Below the pieces are notes generated by a model. That model did not search any database and was not told the DNA's origin. It was given only the letters and a program-made list of their open reading frames with translations. From Podarcis vaucheri (taxonomy: Eukaryota), in assembly GCA_965113315.1 (NCBI GenBank), contig OZ220370.1: a DNA stretch of 64,000 bases; one strand, written 5' to 3'. This document shows positions 12,627 through 25,449 of the stretch, piece by piece. The position numbers and the translations under genes were made by a program. The first letter of the stretch is position 1. The number at the start of each line of letters is the position of its first letter.

Positions 12627-13655
12627 CTGAAAAAGCCACAATAATTTTAATTTAAACACTACCAGGAACTGCAGATTGGCTGGTTACTGCACAACTAGAT
12701 GGAAAGAACCAATGACTGGCAGATAAATCTGTTTGTCATGGCAAGTGAGCTATTGTCTTCTGGCAAGCATTATGAAGGGAACCCTGCACTTGGAAGATGG
12801 AGCTTGGCGACAGGGTTGTACTGGGCTTTCTGAGTTGTGGAGGAGAACTGAGAACTTTACACGGCCTCATGTAGAGGGACAGAGCAAGGTCAGGAACAAG
12901 AGGAGAGGCAGAATCTTGGGGTTGCAGCAAACAAAGTTCTACTCAAGAGTACTGAAGCTGCTGGACATAAGTAAGCAATGCCCCTTAATTTCCATGGGTC
13001 TATTCCAAGTATTACTAACATTGGCTCCAACCCTTGGTGTTTACAAGCTTTGGCCTGGCTATTAAGGTCAGCCAACATTTGCGGACACCCGATTTCTAGC
13101 ATGTTGAGTTATAGCAGGGGTCCCATTTGTTCCTCATGACATGGCTTGTGTTTACTTCTGCATAGGAATCACCAGCCAATAAGGCAGCACCTTCACCACC
13201 CAGAAAGTTATTATAATCACAAACATCAAGCGAGATACTTTTTTCATCTCAAGGTATTAATACAAAATTTCTACTTCTCTTTTTCCTGATTGAATGGCCA
13301 AACAAACTAAAAAGTCAACTTGCACCAGCTGTCAGAAGTGACACCCGGGAAAAACAAAACACCTGGCCTCCTTCCTCCAGAAGGGGAGAAACTAGAAGAG
13401 CAGAGCCTGAAGAATAATATGCTCACACTCAAATCATAAGGAAGACCAGCACTTCCTGTGCTATTTGTAAATTTCACAGGGGCCTTATAATCCTGCAGGT
13501 GAGCAGTAGAAACCCTCTTGGCAACTGTTGTTTGCTCAGTTTCAGGGACTGCGCAGGAATTGTGATGTATCAATTCAAAGACACAGTTCTATGCAAATTA
13601 TCAAATGTGAGTAAGAAAACATCAAAATAAGCCAATGCCTTTCAACCATACTTAC

Positions 13656-13769
13656 GTGTAGAGGTTGTTCTGCAACTACTAACATTCTGTGCTCTGCGTA
13701 TTTTCGGACATATTCATAAACATTTTGAGGAGTGACTGGTATATTTACACCATTGGAGATAAGTTCAAC
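13656..13769 (-). CDS. UBR5: UBR5 exon 56
   Basis: VELISNGVNIPVTPQNVYEYVRKYAEHRMLVVAEQPLH. Confidence 0.95.
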
Positions 13770-13987
13770 CTAGGAAAATATTGTGGAAAAGAATATTTGA
13801 TATAAAAAAATCCAACTACTTAAAATACTTACAACTACCTCACATAATGGAAACATATTCCAAGGGGGATTTTCCTCAGCCATATGTTTTGTTAAACTGG
13901 CCACTAATATTACAGAAGCATCCATCCATTTCCAATTAATAGCAAAAAGGGGTGAATGGTCTGAGTAACGGGGTAACTGCTGTTTAC

Positions 13988-14143
13988 CTGTCCTCCGCCT
14001 TCCTCTTTGCATAGGTCTATTGCAAATGCTAAGTCCATTGCTGCAAAAACTGCATCAGCATCTGTACTTTGGGAAGCGAGGATAAGTTGCCGCAAACTCT
14101 CATACATTACCGGATCGAAAAAAGCAAAATCATGCCAGTTAAC
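13988..14143 (-). CDS. UBR5: UBR5 exon 55
   Basis: VNWHDFAFFDPVMYESLRQLILAS...KEEGGGQ. Confidence 0.95.
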
Positions 14144-14900
14144 CTGAAAATAAAATGCACATGTAAAACATCACTTTTAGTTTTCTCGTCAGCTCACAAA
14201 GACAGCTACTCTACTGAGCAGTTTTGCTGTTAAGAAATTCAAAAAGCTTTACAAATATTGTGGCCATACCAAGCAAGTTAGTCAGAAGAAGCGTTATGTC
14301 CAAATCTTCTGTTCTTTCATAAGGAAACAAATATGCCTAGTTCAGACATAACATTCCTCCCTCCTTGCACACCTAACCTTGGCACTGCTTTCCTGACTTG
14401 CTCTAAATTACAGTTACTACTTATGTGCATGCCAGGAAACTTTTTTGAATACAAGCCACAATATCAGGATAAGCCTAGAGGGCACCATAAGGGAGGGAGG
14501 GCACACTGCTTTCTCTCATGTTATGCCATGTCTGATCTGGGTCTATGTCTCCGTTCAAACTTACGCCCATGGTTAAGAATGGTTAACGGTCTGAAACACC
14601 CTTTGAAATAGGTTTGCACGTCACAGTTTTTCCTGAGGGGCCCTGGAGGTGGCTACAAAGTACAATTTCCTAATGCTGAAAGAAGCCTGAACATGGAACT
14701 CTGGAGGGAGTTCCCATTTTCTGGTGGAAAAAGTACACAGAAGAGGGAGGAAGAATCACTGCTTTAAATGGAAGGTTGAGTGACATAGCGGCAATATCCA
14801 ATTAACCAAGCTCTACATTTTAAACCAAGCACCGCAATTTTAATCAAATAACACTGCAGCCCTATAATTAACTATTCTTACGATTTATATGCAAGTTTAC

Positions 14901-14985
14901 CTTTCTGCCAAGAAGAACTTTTATTACATGTCGATTTAACGTGATGGGGCAAAGTTCATTCTGTAGCAAGCATAAACCTAGAATT
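14901..14985 (-). CDS. UBR5: UBR5 exon 54
   Basis: ILGLCLLQNELCPITLNRHVIKVLLGRK. Confidence 0.95.
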
Positions 14986-15094
14986 CTGAAGAAAAAAACG
15001 TATCAGAACAAGAAGTTTTGTTTTTTTTAAAAAAAGAAAAAGTGATGAAGAAACCAAGTCAAAAGAAGACCATCCAAGCAAATGAGAACAATTA

Positions 15095-15242
15095 CCGTAT
15101 TTCTCCATGTATAAGACTAGGTTTTTAAACCAAAAAAATTAAAATTGGGGCTCGTCTTATACATGGGTAGTGCTGAGGGGTGTTTTCTTAATTTGGAGTC
15201 CCCCCCCCCAAAAAAAATAGTCTTATACACGGAAAAATACGG
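15095..15242. mobile_element. Tc1/mariner-superfamily (Tc2/pogo-like) MITE
   Basis: TIRs ccgtatttctccatgtataagac / gtcttatacacggaaaaatacgg with TA on both sides. Confidence 0.85.
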
Positions 15243-15375
15243 TATGTTTTCAAAGTCTGGTTGAAATCATTGTAAACCTGGTGATGAATTGCAAAATCTT
15301 ACGTCTTTTCGTGACCGTTACTTTTATACTTTTTTTCACACAAAGCAATGCACACAAATCTAGAGAATATTTTAC

Positions 15376-15551
15376 CTGCCAATGTTTCTGAAACAATTTA
15401 GTCTGGCTTCTGTATTTTTGCCAGGCCTCGGTGTATAAAAGCCACGCTTTCCAGGTTGATAGAACAGCGGCGCATTGTCATCGCCATCATCTGTATCATC
15501 TAATTCCATGTCTACCACACTGCGACTGGAACCATGACGTTTTCTGTTTTC
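15376..15551 (-). CDS. UBR5: UBR5 exon 53
   Basis: ENRKRHGSSRSVVDMELDD...APLFYQPGKRGFYTPRPGKNTEARLNCFRNIG. Confidence 0.94.
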
Positions 15552-15851
15552 CTTTTTTAAAAAAAAGAGAAGTAAAAAAGGGGTGTTTTTTCCTGCACAC
15601 TAACGAAGACTGAAATATTCTTCACTGTTACAAGTTGTCTATCAAAACCACATCCAAGGAAAAAAAGAGAATTAAACAAATGGTAAAGTTAATGGAATTG
15701 CACACTTAGTTAAAGAGAAAAGTTTAAATAAAATTTAGTTTCATCACCACAGTACTAGACTGAAGGAATCTTTCCCTCTTGCAAACAGTCCAACATATTC
15801 CATGCACATAACAGTAAACTAATAAAGGCACTGTTAAAACATTTGTCTTAC

Positions 15852-15912
15852 TTGTACTTTATCAGAAGAATCCAACAATCCAAGGTCTAGGATACTGTCA
15901 GCTCCGTTTTCC
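15852..15912 (-). CDS. UBR5: UBR5 exon 52
   Basis: ENGADSILDLGLLDSSDKVQ. Confidence 0.93.
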
Positions 15913-16285
15913 CTTTTGAACAGAATGAAAGAAAAATATTTAACCAGAGTCAATGTCATGCTTTAAAATTCAATTTAAATGTTATTGTAATATAGTAAAA
16001 TAAATCACTCTTTTTTTCCCCTTCAAGAAATATGAAAAGAAAAGCGGGCACAGATGGATTTTACTAGCTGCTAAATGATCTGTCTTCCTCTCTCAATATT
16101 TTGAATACCCAACGCATAGTTTTCCAGTGGGAAAACAAAGAAAAACAAGTACAAAACCACAGGAATTGTGTAGAGGAGCTACAATGCACAAAAGATCTAA
16201 TTCAATTTTCCCCCTGTGACAGCTCAAAGCCAGGCGCAATCTGAAAAGGTTTTCCCTTAAGGATTTATCCCTAACGTTAGTTTAC

Positions 16286-16416
16286 CTTCCATGTGCAATA
16301 ATGAGTTCCATAGCTTCATCCACTCTTGCTCGAAGAGAATCTTCACTGGCAAGCAACAGAAGCAGCTGAGCAGGAGACAATTCCAACAGCATGCCAGTGA
16401 TCTTGCTTGCGAATGC
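16286..16416 (-). CDS. UBR5: UBR5 exon 51 (MLLE/PABC domain)
   Basis: [43 protein letters not shown]. Confidence 0.96.
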
Positions 16417-16849
16417 CTGGGAACGAGAAATTAATATCTTATATTCCATTTTCCCCTAGTCTTCTCCATCTGCTTGGAAATTACAGATTCGGGAAACTTC
16501 AGCTGCCCTGGATTCAGCCCCCTGCTGCAACTGGTGCTTGTGGGCTTTTGCATTTATTTAAAGGGAGGCGGAAGCTCTGGGTATGGATCCTGTTACATAT
16601 TTAGCTGTTGCTCCACTAGAATCCATTTTGAAGCCCTATGCCTAGGGGAGTACAGGATCCTTAACGAGGCCCTATAACTACAAAGAATTGCAGGTCTAAA
16701 GCAAAACTCTTTGTATTCTTCAGCTTATTCACTATTCCCCAACATGTCAAGTATATGTAGACACACCCAATTTTTAAGAGGAATACAGTACATATTAAGA
16801 AACAATAATGATTTTCGCCACAGTAGACAGAAGAGAACATTAGCCTTAC

Positions 16850-16994
16850 AGGTTGCATTGCTTGTACACGGGGATAAAGTCTTTCACCCAGGGCCTGCCG
16901 ATGTGCTGGAAGAGGATCAGGGTCATCACTCGGATTCCCTTCTGATGCGGGTCTAAAAGGTCTGGTATCAATGGAGAGCTGCCTTCTAAAGTCC
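16850..16994 (-). CDS. UBR5: UBR5 exon 50
   Basis: DFRRQLSIDTRPFRPASEGNPSDDPDPLPAHRQALGERLYPRVQAMQP. Confidence 0.95.
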
Positions 16995-17299
16995 CTTAAA
17001 AACAACAGCAATTCATCAGAAATTGTCTTTGCTCTCCGAAAGGTCCGCATCAAATGAACTACAGGGTATGCTCCTGCTGCACTAAAACCCTCCTTCCCCA
17101 CCTTTTGTCTTGTATCCCAGTAAAGTGGCAGGTGCTTCCTAGTTAATTCTTTTGCTCACTTTTGAGTCCCTGTTTCTGAGGAGCAGTTAATTTAGAGATT
17201 TATTTTCTGCCTTTCAATGGAATTCCTGGTGAGAACGAGCAGTTTATTATCCCAAATCATCTCCTGATTTGAAGTTAACTTCAAAAGAAAGCTACTTAC

Positions 17300-17414
17300 C
17301 TATCCCTGTCCCTCCGAGAGCCAGTTCGCAAGCCGCTGCTGTTCCTTCTCATTTCTCTTTCGCGCTCCCTTTCCCGATCCCTCTCCCCTCTGTTTCGTAA
17401 TCTCTGCATGAGAC
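17300..17414 (-). CDS. UBR5: UBR5 exon 49
   Basis: LMQRLRNRGERDREREREREMRRNSSGLRTGSRRDRD. Confidence 0.94.
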
Positions 17415-18237
17415 CTTAAAGGGGCAAGACATACTTATGGTTTGTAAACAACGCTCACTTTTGCAACAATGCTCACTTACAAATACTATGAAAGATCATG
17501 AAGCTGTGGAAACCAAGGCTGAGGGGAAGAACACAAAATTTAGCTTGTAATCACAATTCCAAATTAAGATTTAAAGACATAAATAAATCAGGCTTGTTCA
17601 TCAAGTTCTTTTCTACCACCACACAATACTGGAAGTTTACTATAAAATATTTGAAGAAAACAAGGTTAAAATGTAACCCTTCACTGGCTGAAGCCTCAAA
17701 AACCAAGCCAAATGCATGTAACTAAAATAAAATCCATTTGCTTTCCCCTGTTTAGTCCTGCTTGTTCCTTTTCCTTTCTTCAGTTGACTCCCCTTTGATG
17801 AAGTTTAGCATATAGACTCAAGGCAGGAATCTGTTGTCTTGTATTCTATGGAAATAATACGGAACCAAAGAAGAATTCTGGCAGTCTGACAATTCTTCCT
17901 GTTCCCACCCACGCACCCAACGTTCTTAGTGCATCTGCAGGCATCTTTATTTCATGCTAAAATGTTCTACACTATGTTTCAATGAAGGATTGATGGAGAA
18001 TACAGATTTTCCCCCATCAGAACTGTGTGTATTGTGACCACCTTAAGTGCACAGATTTGTGTTGAGTGCAAAATTCAACATCTTCAGTTTTACTGTTAAA
18101 TAAGCAGATGTGCCCCTCATGATGATTTGAAAGCCTGAGGATAATGCAGATCCTTGCATAATTTCTTGCCCCTCATCGTGCTTCACTGTTCCAAGTCTTC
18201 AATGTTATACATAACACATTTATTACAATATACTTAC

Positions 18238-18481
18238 TTGTATGCGTCCCTTTGTTGGCATTCTGAATACAGTCCAGATTTGGCAGCTTCTCGTTTGACA
18301 AAAAAGCTTGTGCAATGGCAGTGTAAAAGCTTCTTGCTACACCACTGCCTTCTCCTGGCTCATCCTTAAATGTGACCTTTACCCTGTGGACAGCCATTGG
18401 AGTTGTAGCACATCGGCGACCAAAATGATTGTTGAGCTGCCTCATCGTCTGCTGAATTAAAAGATCTCTATCCCGATCAAC
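18238..18481 (-). CDS. UBR5: UBR5 exon 48
   Basis: [24 protein letters not shown]...[16 protein letters not shown]...KGTHT. Confidence 0.95.
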
Positions 18482-18720
18482 CTAGAAAACACATTAGGAG
18501 AACACAGTGAAGAACAGACAAGCTAAAGAATGAAAATATGATATACAGCCACACTAGCACCCAAAAACATCCTTCAGCTGCAGCATGCACAGCGATGGCT
18601 GGGCTACCATTTTACATCCTAATTTACTGAGGTAAGTAATTGCAAGAGCAACAGGATATCCACAACTGTTCATCTTTTAAATCTAGCTAAACTCAAAAGG
18701 ATAGCACTAAAACTTCTTAC

Positions 18721-18819
18721 CTCTAGTGTTAAATCTCTAGATTGTTGGTTTCTCAGTTTTTCCATTTCTCGGCGGAATTTAGATTCTTTTACTTCAAACC
18801 CACCTAATTCAGTCAAAAT
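18721..18819 (-). CDS. UBR5: UBR5 exon 47
   Basis: ILTELGGFEVKESKFRREMEKLRNQQSRDLTLE. Confidence 0.95.
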
Positions 18820-18898
18820 CTACAAAGAGAAACAATGTATTAGTAAAAGGAAAGGCCTACAAAACAATCTAGCAGTCTTCATTCAAGAAGATACATAC

Positions 18899-19019
18899 CG
18901 ATCCTGGTTCCGCTCCTACATCTTCCATGAACACTCTTCCAAATAACTCTAGGGAAAGCCGCCAACGTCCAAGCAGCATATCATGAGAAATAACCATCCC
19001 CATAAAACTGCACTGTGGC
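18899..19019 (-). CDS. UBR5: UBR5 exon 46
   Basis: [40 protein letters not shown]. Confidence 0.95.
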
Positions 19020-19456
19020 CTGGCAGACAAAAATTAAAAAAGAACCAGGAGAACAGAGATTACTTTTATTACTTTTAAGCAAGTTAAAATTAGGATTATG
19101 TTGTGTTCAGTTGCTGCCAAACAACTCAGTTTCTAGCAGGAAGAGTCAAGTGACAATCTCTCTGCAGTTTCCATCAAGGATTATCTTGATCACAAGCACA
19201 TGAATTAAATAGCAAGGTAATGTACAAAGAAAAGTGGCACTTGCGAAACCAATGCAAATACCAAAAAGCAATGGTAATTGATAAAATTGAATAAGAACCA
19301 ATACGGAAACCCTGTGTTCACAACACAGCCATTTCCTCTCTCTTTTTCCTGCTGCTGTTGCCTATCCCAAGCAGTCATTTGCGGCAACACTCCTGACTAT
19401 GCAGTATTGAGCACAAAGGAGTAAAAGTAAAGGTGTTGTTTTGTAAGTAATGGTAC

Positions 19457-19674
19457 CTGAAGGATGTCAGAGGTGGACCTTCACTTTCAGTCAGTCCAAT
19501 CTCTGCCAGTAAACTGCTTTTCAGCTGTGCTGCAAGATCATGAGCCGAAGGGCCTGGCTTAGAACTCTCTGATTCTTCAGATGGCACATTTTGTTCTTCT
19601 TCCTTCTTCTGCCGATTCTGCATGCTCATAACATTTTTTAAATTTGCTGCGTAAGACATTTTGGTTGGAAGAAC
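19457..19674 (-). CDS. UBR5: UBR5 exon 45
   Basis: VLPTKMSYAANLKNVM...LLAEIGLTESEGPPLTSF. Confidence 0.95.
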
Positions 19675-20751
19675 CTAAACGAAAGGGCAATGAAACAGGT
19701 TTGTCAAACACTGCAGGGTATTTTCATGCTCTAGACTCATCTGCAATACTATTTTGGTACAGTCTGCATATCATCATTAACCATCGTCAACTTTATCATG
19801 AAAGAGCTGATCTTGGCTTCTTTGCTCTGCCCCAACAACAAGCAGGAGAAACAAACCTGGCATTATGTCCCAACCAGGGACTCTGGTTTGTTTCACTCAA
19901 CCAAATGCAATCTGTAAATCAAGACCAAACTTTGCCTCCAGATCATGGTTTGTTTGGAGCAAAACAAACCCCCATCACTGGTTCAGACATAATGCTACAG
20001 CCCAGCTTAACGCATCCATAGTGAATCATTAACTCTTGTCATCATGACATGCAAACAAGGTCACTATAGTGCAAGAACCTAAAGTCTAATACTAGCTGAG
20101 CCAGAGAGTCTGGATTAACTTGACTGGTCCTATAGAAATCAGTGGGATCAAAGTTCATTTTTATTCATGGATCACTCCACTGAAACAAAGCAAGCCCTAA
20201 AAATGTCCAAGCTGATAATATATTATACATAGTATTATAGATTGAGATGAGGAGCTCTCTAAAATAGCAATGTGGAATTTTCAGATCTAATATTCTATGG
20301 GAGCAGGCCTTTTCTCTTCCAAATTTAACTTTGCATACACACAAATAGCTATGAACATTTGGAAATATCCATTGTGGATCTAACAAGCCTTTTTTTGAAA
20401 CATCTTCTATGCATTCCCCACTTGAGGAAAGAGTTAATAGCTATCTGACTGCTCACTAGAGGAGCAGGCAGCAATTGCATTTGGGTAAAGCCTGTCTTCC
20501 AGCCACTGCAATTGCGTTTCCAGAGTCTGAAATGAATACTATGGTAATCTTGTGGTTCTTTAAGGCAAGGTAAAGTCCTTAGAAGGCCTGGAAGGGAATT
20601 GAGAGTAGTGGATAAAGAAATATGGATATATAAATATATAGACTTGCTCTCATTTTTTTAGCAAAATAAGAGTGAAAAGAGAAAGTGGAGTTACGGAGAG
20701 GGAAGGAAGCAATGTTATGAATTTGTAACATGTATCACAATAAATTCATAC

Positions 20752-20865
20752 CTCAAGACAGTTTCTATCCACAGTCACTTCCATTAAACACTTTCCACTA
20801 TTGGCAGAGGATGAATATAGACCCTGACTTGGCCGACCAAACAAATCTTCTTTTCTAGCATTTGG
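20752..20865 (-). CDS. UBR5: UBR5 exon 44
   Basis: PNARKEDLFGRPSQGLYSSSANSGKCLMEVTVDRNCLE. Confidence 0.95.
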
Positions 20866-21478
20866 CTGAAAAAAACCCAGAGGTAATTTACATGTGAGCC
20901 AACACTGATGCAGATGCAACTTTCCTGATCACAACGTAAGCAGCTGATCCATGCATCTCTTCTCTACAGTGAGAATTTATTTTTCTTCCTCATATGCCAC
21001 CATGCTTTGAGGAAGAGTAACATGCCAAAAAACTACTCGCTGTATCAATTCCTGTCCTGCATCTGAGCAAATTAGCTACCCAGACCCAGGAACGGCACTC
21101 CAAATGACTATTACAGGGTTTAACCTTAAGGAATATTTTGCTTCACCAACATTAGAACAAGACTGATTAAGGAACTTGGATAGTTAGCTTGTTTTGTAAT
21201 GGGTGCGGGGGAACTAAGCAAACCAAAAAAAGCTGTTGTTTGGAAAGACGGAAATTGGAATAGTGTACTGTATCTTAACAAAAACAATGTTGACATATTG
21301 GACGATAAGGGACTCAACTTCCTACTGCATGTATTAGCAGAAGTTGTGGCTGATTTACAATCTGCTCACAGTTGTTTAACAATGGCTAGTTGTTTAACAA
21401 TGGCTAAGGTGTCTGGAGTATTAAATTATGTGTACAGCTTAGGAATTAAGCAATTTATGCTTTCTCAGTTAATATTAC

Positions 21479-21651
21479 CTGTAACAGATGTGGCTGGTCT
21501 GCTAGTGGAATGGCCTCTGCTAGAGGAACTTCAAAAGGATTGGGTGGAATACAGCCAAGGAATGTCATGGAATCTGATCGCCGGAAGAATGGATGATTTT
21601 GGCCTGTTTCAGCTGGAAGGGAGTCGTCATCTTTGTCATTAAGTGTAGCAC
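21479..21651 (-). CDS. UBR5: UBR5 exon 43
   Basis: [57 protein letters not shown]. Confidence 0.95.
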
Positions 21652-22054
21652 CTGAAAAGTGTCCAGTTAAAACAAATCATTACAATATAACAGTGATTAT
21701 CTGATACAGATTTGCTCTGTTACTTTATGCTGATAACACTTCTCCAGTTTTTAAGGACAAAATATCAGTAGTTATTCCACTTTTGTTTGCTTCTTGATTA
21801 CTAGCTTATATTTTTTCCAAATTATTAAAAATAGTAATTGTGATTTATTATTTATATGCTGCCCATCTGAATGGATTGACCCAGCCACTCTGGGCAGCTT
21901 CCAACAAATTAACACCCATAATACTTTTGCAGGTTTAAAATGCTATATAAAAACAAGGAACAGCATTCAACTACCCTTCCCTTTTAAAATATTACTATGA
22001 CTCCCTGTCTATTTTAAAAATCTCCCCTCTTTTCTACCATTTACTTCTCTTCCT

Positions 22055-22179
22055 GTGTATCTGAAGAAGTGTGCATGCACACGAAAGCTTATACCAAGAA
22101 CTTAGTTGGTCTTTAAGGTGCTACAGGAAGGAATTTTTTTATTTTGACTATGGCAGACCAACACGGCTACCCATCTGAA
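22055..22179 (+). mobile_element. Penelope-like element terminal fragment carrying a minimal hammerhead motif
   Basis: 12-bp flanking direct repeat acttctcttcct (22043-22054, 22180-22191); ctgaagaagtgtgcatgcacacgaaagct core. Confidence 0.8.
22057..22094 (+). ncRNA. Minimal type I hammerhead ribozyme motif
   Basis: GTAT-CTGAAGA-a-GTGTG(CATG)CACAC-GAA-AGCT-T-ATAC. Confidence 0.65.
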
Positions 22180-23121
22180 ACTTCTCTTCCTTGTCATTTA
22201 TCTTCCTCCAATCTTGTTGCTTTTCCCTCTTTCACTTCCATTCCTCCCAAAGGAAACTTTGGCATCATAACAGTGATTGCAGCCAGTTCCTTTATTCTTT
22301 TCAAATACTTCAAAGCTGAACTTGTCAGATTACTCATTGGATTTCTATTCAGACTGCAGTTCTGCAGACAATTTGTCTTCTTCTTTCAGTCTCTCACTCT
22401 CTCTCTGTCTCTCTCTCAGGTGCCCACATCCAACAACACAATCACTTTTTTGCAACTAAGCTACTGGAATTTTCCACCCTACTTTCAGGGGAGAAGCAAA
22501 AAGTAGAGAAGGGTGGCAATACAGGTTCCTAGTACCCACATAAACCTGTTCTGGCTAGACTGAAAAATTGAGTAAATTGAGTTTCTAAAGCCTTCTAAAT
22601 TCAGCCCACTAGAAATTCCATTTTCCAGCATCTACAAAGGAAGTGCAGTCCATGTGAATGCCTACATCTTAAAATGGTATTGCTACTGCCACAAGCCCTT
22701 ATTTCCTAGCTTCACAAAGTTAAATCTGGGAAAGGAGAGCATAGGAACAAGCAGAGAGGGACAGTGGAGAGCTCATCCAGGGGTCCTAACGTTAGGACTT
22801 TTTGGAAGATTCTTTTAAAAACCACACTAGGAATACAAAATGAACTGGTGCAGGTGAACCCATCACTACCATAAACCCCAGAAGCTGACTAGGTAAGTTA
22901 TTCAGTGGCAGAAGAGACACTATGAACATTTTCTAAGGCACTGAACCCTGGCACTGAAATAGGTCCTACAGCTGACCCCTGAAAAAAACCAGCTAGGACT
23001 TCATTTTTATCTATTTTATTGAACAATTATCAATGTCTGTGAATCATTTAAACCCAAGATCCAGAGATATGATCAAGTCTCTATCCAGCTCCCCACAACC
23101 CCAAACTGTACAAGTACTAAC

Positions 23122-23195
23122 TTTGATTTGTGTCATCATCATTTTCATGCTCTGAATCTTCATTGTCAAGACCAAGTTCCAAAAGTTCCCGGGTC
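23122..23195 (-). CDS. UBR5: UBR5 exon 42
   Basis: TRELLELGLDNEDSEHENDDDTNQ. Confidence 0.94.
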
Positions 23196-23462
23196 CTTAA
23201 AAAAAAAGTGAATGACAGGTTATTTTAGATGGCACGTGGTACTAAAATTTACAACTAGTGCTACACAAGAAAAATTATTAAAAATATTATATCAGCTATA
23301 CAGTCCTACAGCTATACCATACACATGCAGTTCCCGCTTTCCTTAGAAATGGTTCATTAAGTGAGTGAGTGCATAAAAAGCTTATGATTTCCATTGATTC
23401 CTATGGAGGAAATCCCAATGCGTTCCCATGGCTTGCCGGCCTACTGCTTGCCCCTCCATCCT

Positions 23463-23795
23463 GAATTACTTCCTGTAAAGCTGCCATTTTCACCAAGATC
23501 AGAGTTCTTTGTTGTTGTTTAGTCGTTTAGTCGTGTCCGATTCTTCGTGACCCCATGGACCAGAGCACGCCAGGCACTCCTGTCTTCCACTGCCTCCCGC
23601 AGTGTTCTTACTGTGCTCCTATTTCCTCAGTCACAGCTTCATTTGATAGGGGTCGTCCACGTCCAGCTGCTGACCGGAGCTGCAGCCAAAGGAGCCGTCC
23701 CACCCCACTCCACCCCATGAAGCTGTGACTAAGGAAAGGAGTCCAATAAGGAGCTTGAGCTAAGTAAAAATGGCAGGTTTAAAAGAGGCAATTCT
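23463..23795. mobile_element. Old palindromic MITE interrupted by BovB
   Basis: Imperfect inverted arms (..tttcctcagtcacagcttcat / atgaagctgtgactaaggaaa..; ctgccatttt / aaaatggcag). Confidence 0.55.
23510..23603 (-). mobile_element. BovB (RTE) LINE 3' tip
   Basis: gttgttgtttagtcgtttagtcgtgtccgattcttcgtgaccccatggac = reverse of the BovB 3' end; flanking gttctt duplication. Confidence 0.85.
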
Positions 23796-24750
23796 CAGAT
23801 ATTTGTATACACAGAGGTCCCGCTGCTCAGGTATCTGATTCAGATGTTCAGGTAATGAGGTTAGGGTACAAATTCTTAATGTCTGGATAAATGAAATTTT
23901 GTATAATAAGTATTTGGAAAATTAAGACCTACATGTATAGTGTACTCATATTTTTATAATGTAATGTTCTAACTATAAATGCAAGTGAAGGCTTAGTGCC
24001 AAACATATTTATTTGTATCATTGTGTGTAACACCTTTCAACAAATTGAAAAGGGTAGTTTAAATCCAAAAAGCTGAATATATTTAAATCCTCCACTATTT
24101 TAAAAACAAATTGAAGCACCCAAAGCAACAACATTCATTTCCTAAGAAAAGGATAACTGGGAGAATAGTGTGTTTATGATTATGATGAATGCTTCACTTG
24201 CCTTTCAAAAAATACTTTGAAAGACAAAAGAGAAATAATAGGATTGGTATGTGGGTCCTTGTAAATTGGCTTCTATGAAATTATTATGTTTCTCGGTACA
24301 TTGTTAAATTGTTGTTTCCTGTTGAAAGAGCTTGAGTGCCTGAACTTTGGTTTCGTCAAAGAGCTATGAATATATCCTGGGAGAGGAATGGAGGCATGTG
24401 ACCATCAATACTATTGCTCTGACCAATGTATCATTCTAGACCACCTTTCTGGTTTGGTACTGGGGGTCCATAACGTTCCCTCCTTCATTTTGCAGATGCC
24501 AAAACTGAAAATGTTCATATTTCTAGTGAATTCTCATAACCAGACCAATATTTCAGCAATAGCTAAATTCCAGGTAACACAATACTTGATTACCAGAACT
24601 GCATCATCTTCAGCTATACATATATACTAATCTACTGCATATGCTACATATATAACCACAAGACACATGCATTAGTGTTATGAATCAAAGGGGACACCAA
24701 CGCCCCTGCACAATCTAGCTATATTTCCATTGAGTAATTGGCTTCCGTAC

Positions 24751-24981
24751 CTCTTCCGTTCCAGTTGAGGTGTATCCAAGGTAGTCTGCTGGTTCATTGC
24801 TTTAATCCAATAAATGAGAGCTTGAAAAACATATGCTACATGTTTCAATGAGCAGACATCCAAAACTGGAAGAACATCAGAATGCTCATCGTTGTGAGAA
24901 CGCATCAAGGAGAGGGCGTAATTTAAGAAGTCCCCCCTTGCCGACATCATCCCCTGACGAGCACTAAGCAATGTAGCACGC
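24751..24981 (-). CDS. UBR5: UBR5 exon 41
   Basis: RATLLSARQGMMSARGDFLNYALSLMRSHNDEHSD...TPQLERK. Confidence 0.95.
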
Positions 24982-25237
24982 CTGTAATTATAAATAAAAA
25001 AAATTGTTTTGGGCCACAGAAGTGCATAGTTTAAACTGGGGCAAGCCTCCAGCCCTGGGCTGCTTTATTTGGCAATGCTAAGAGAAATACTTGCTTTTTA
25101 GACCAGGGGTGGCTAATCTTTTGGTCAGCCAGCCCTCCAAGGGCTACATTTCAGTGTGGACAACTGCACTGAATTGTTGGCTTGTGGTTACTTAGAGGGG
25201 GAAACTAAAATACAACTATTAAGGTACATTTGCATAC

Positions 25238-25449
25238 CTTCTGCCCTCCAAAGTTCTTAAGCTAGCTTCTTCTCGTGCTGTCATCCTCTCCCTCCTGGTT
25301 GAGTTCTGTGATGCATGAAGTGGGTGGTTTGGGTGCCCTGGGTCTCCAGCAGAGGCAAGGGCAGAACCATAGCGCAACTGCGCTTCGGTGGAGTCCATAA
25401 TGCTCACCATCCAATTCCACGTGGGTATCAGTTTTTCCTCAACGTAGTT
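25238..25449 (-). CDS. UBR5: UBR5 exon 40
   Basis: NYVEEKLIPTWNWMVSIMDSTEAQLRYG...SLRTLEGR. Confidence 0.95.

Noticed and set aside
21199-21642. 147-aa + strand ORF
   Set aside because: Partly the antisense shadow of UBR5 exon 43; no family resemblance. The same applies to most short ORFs in the track.
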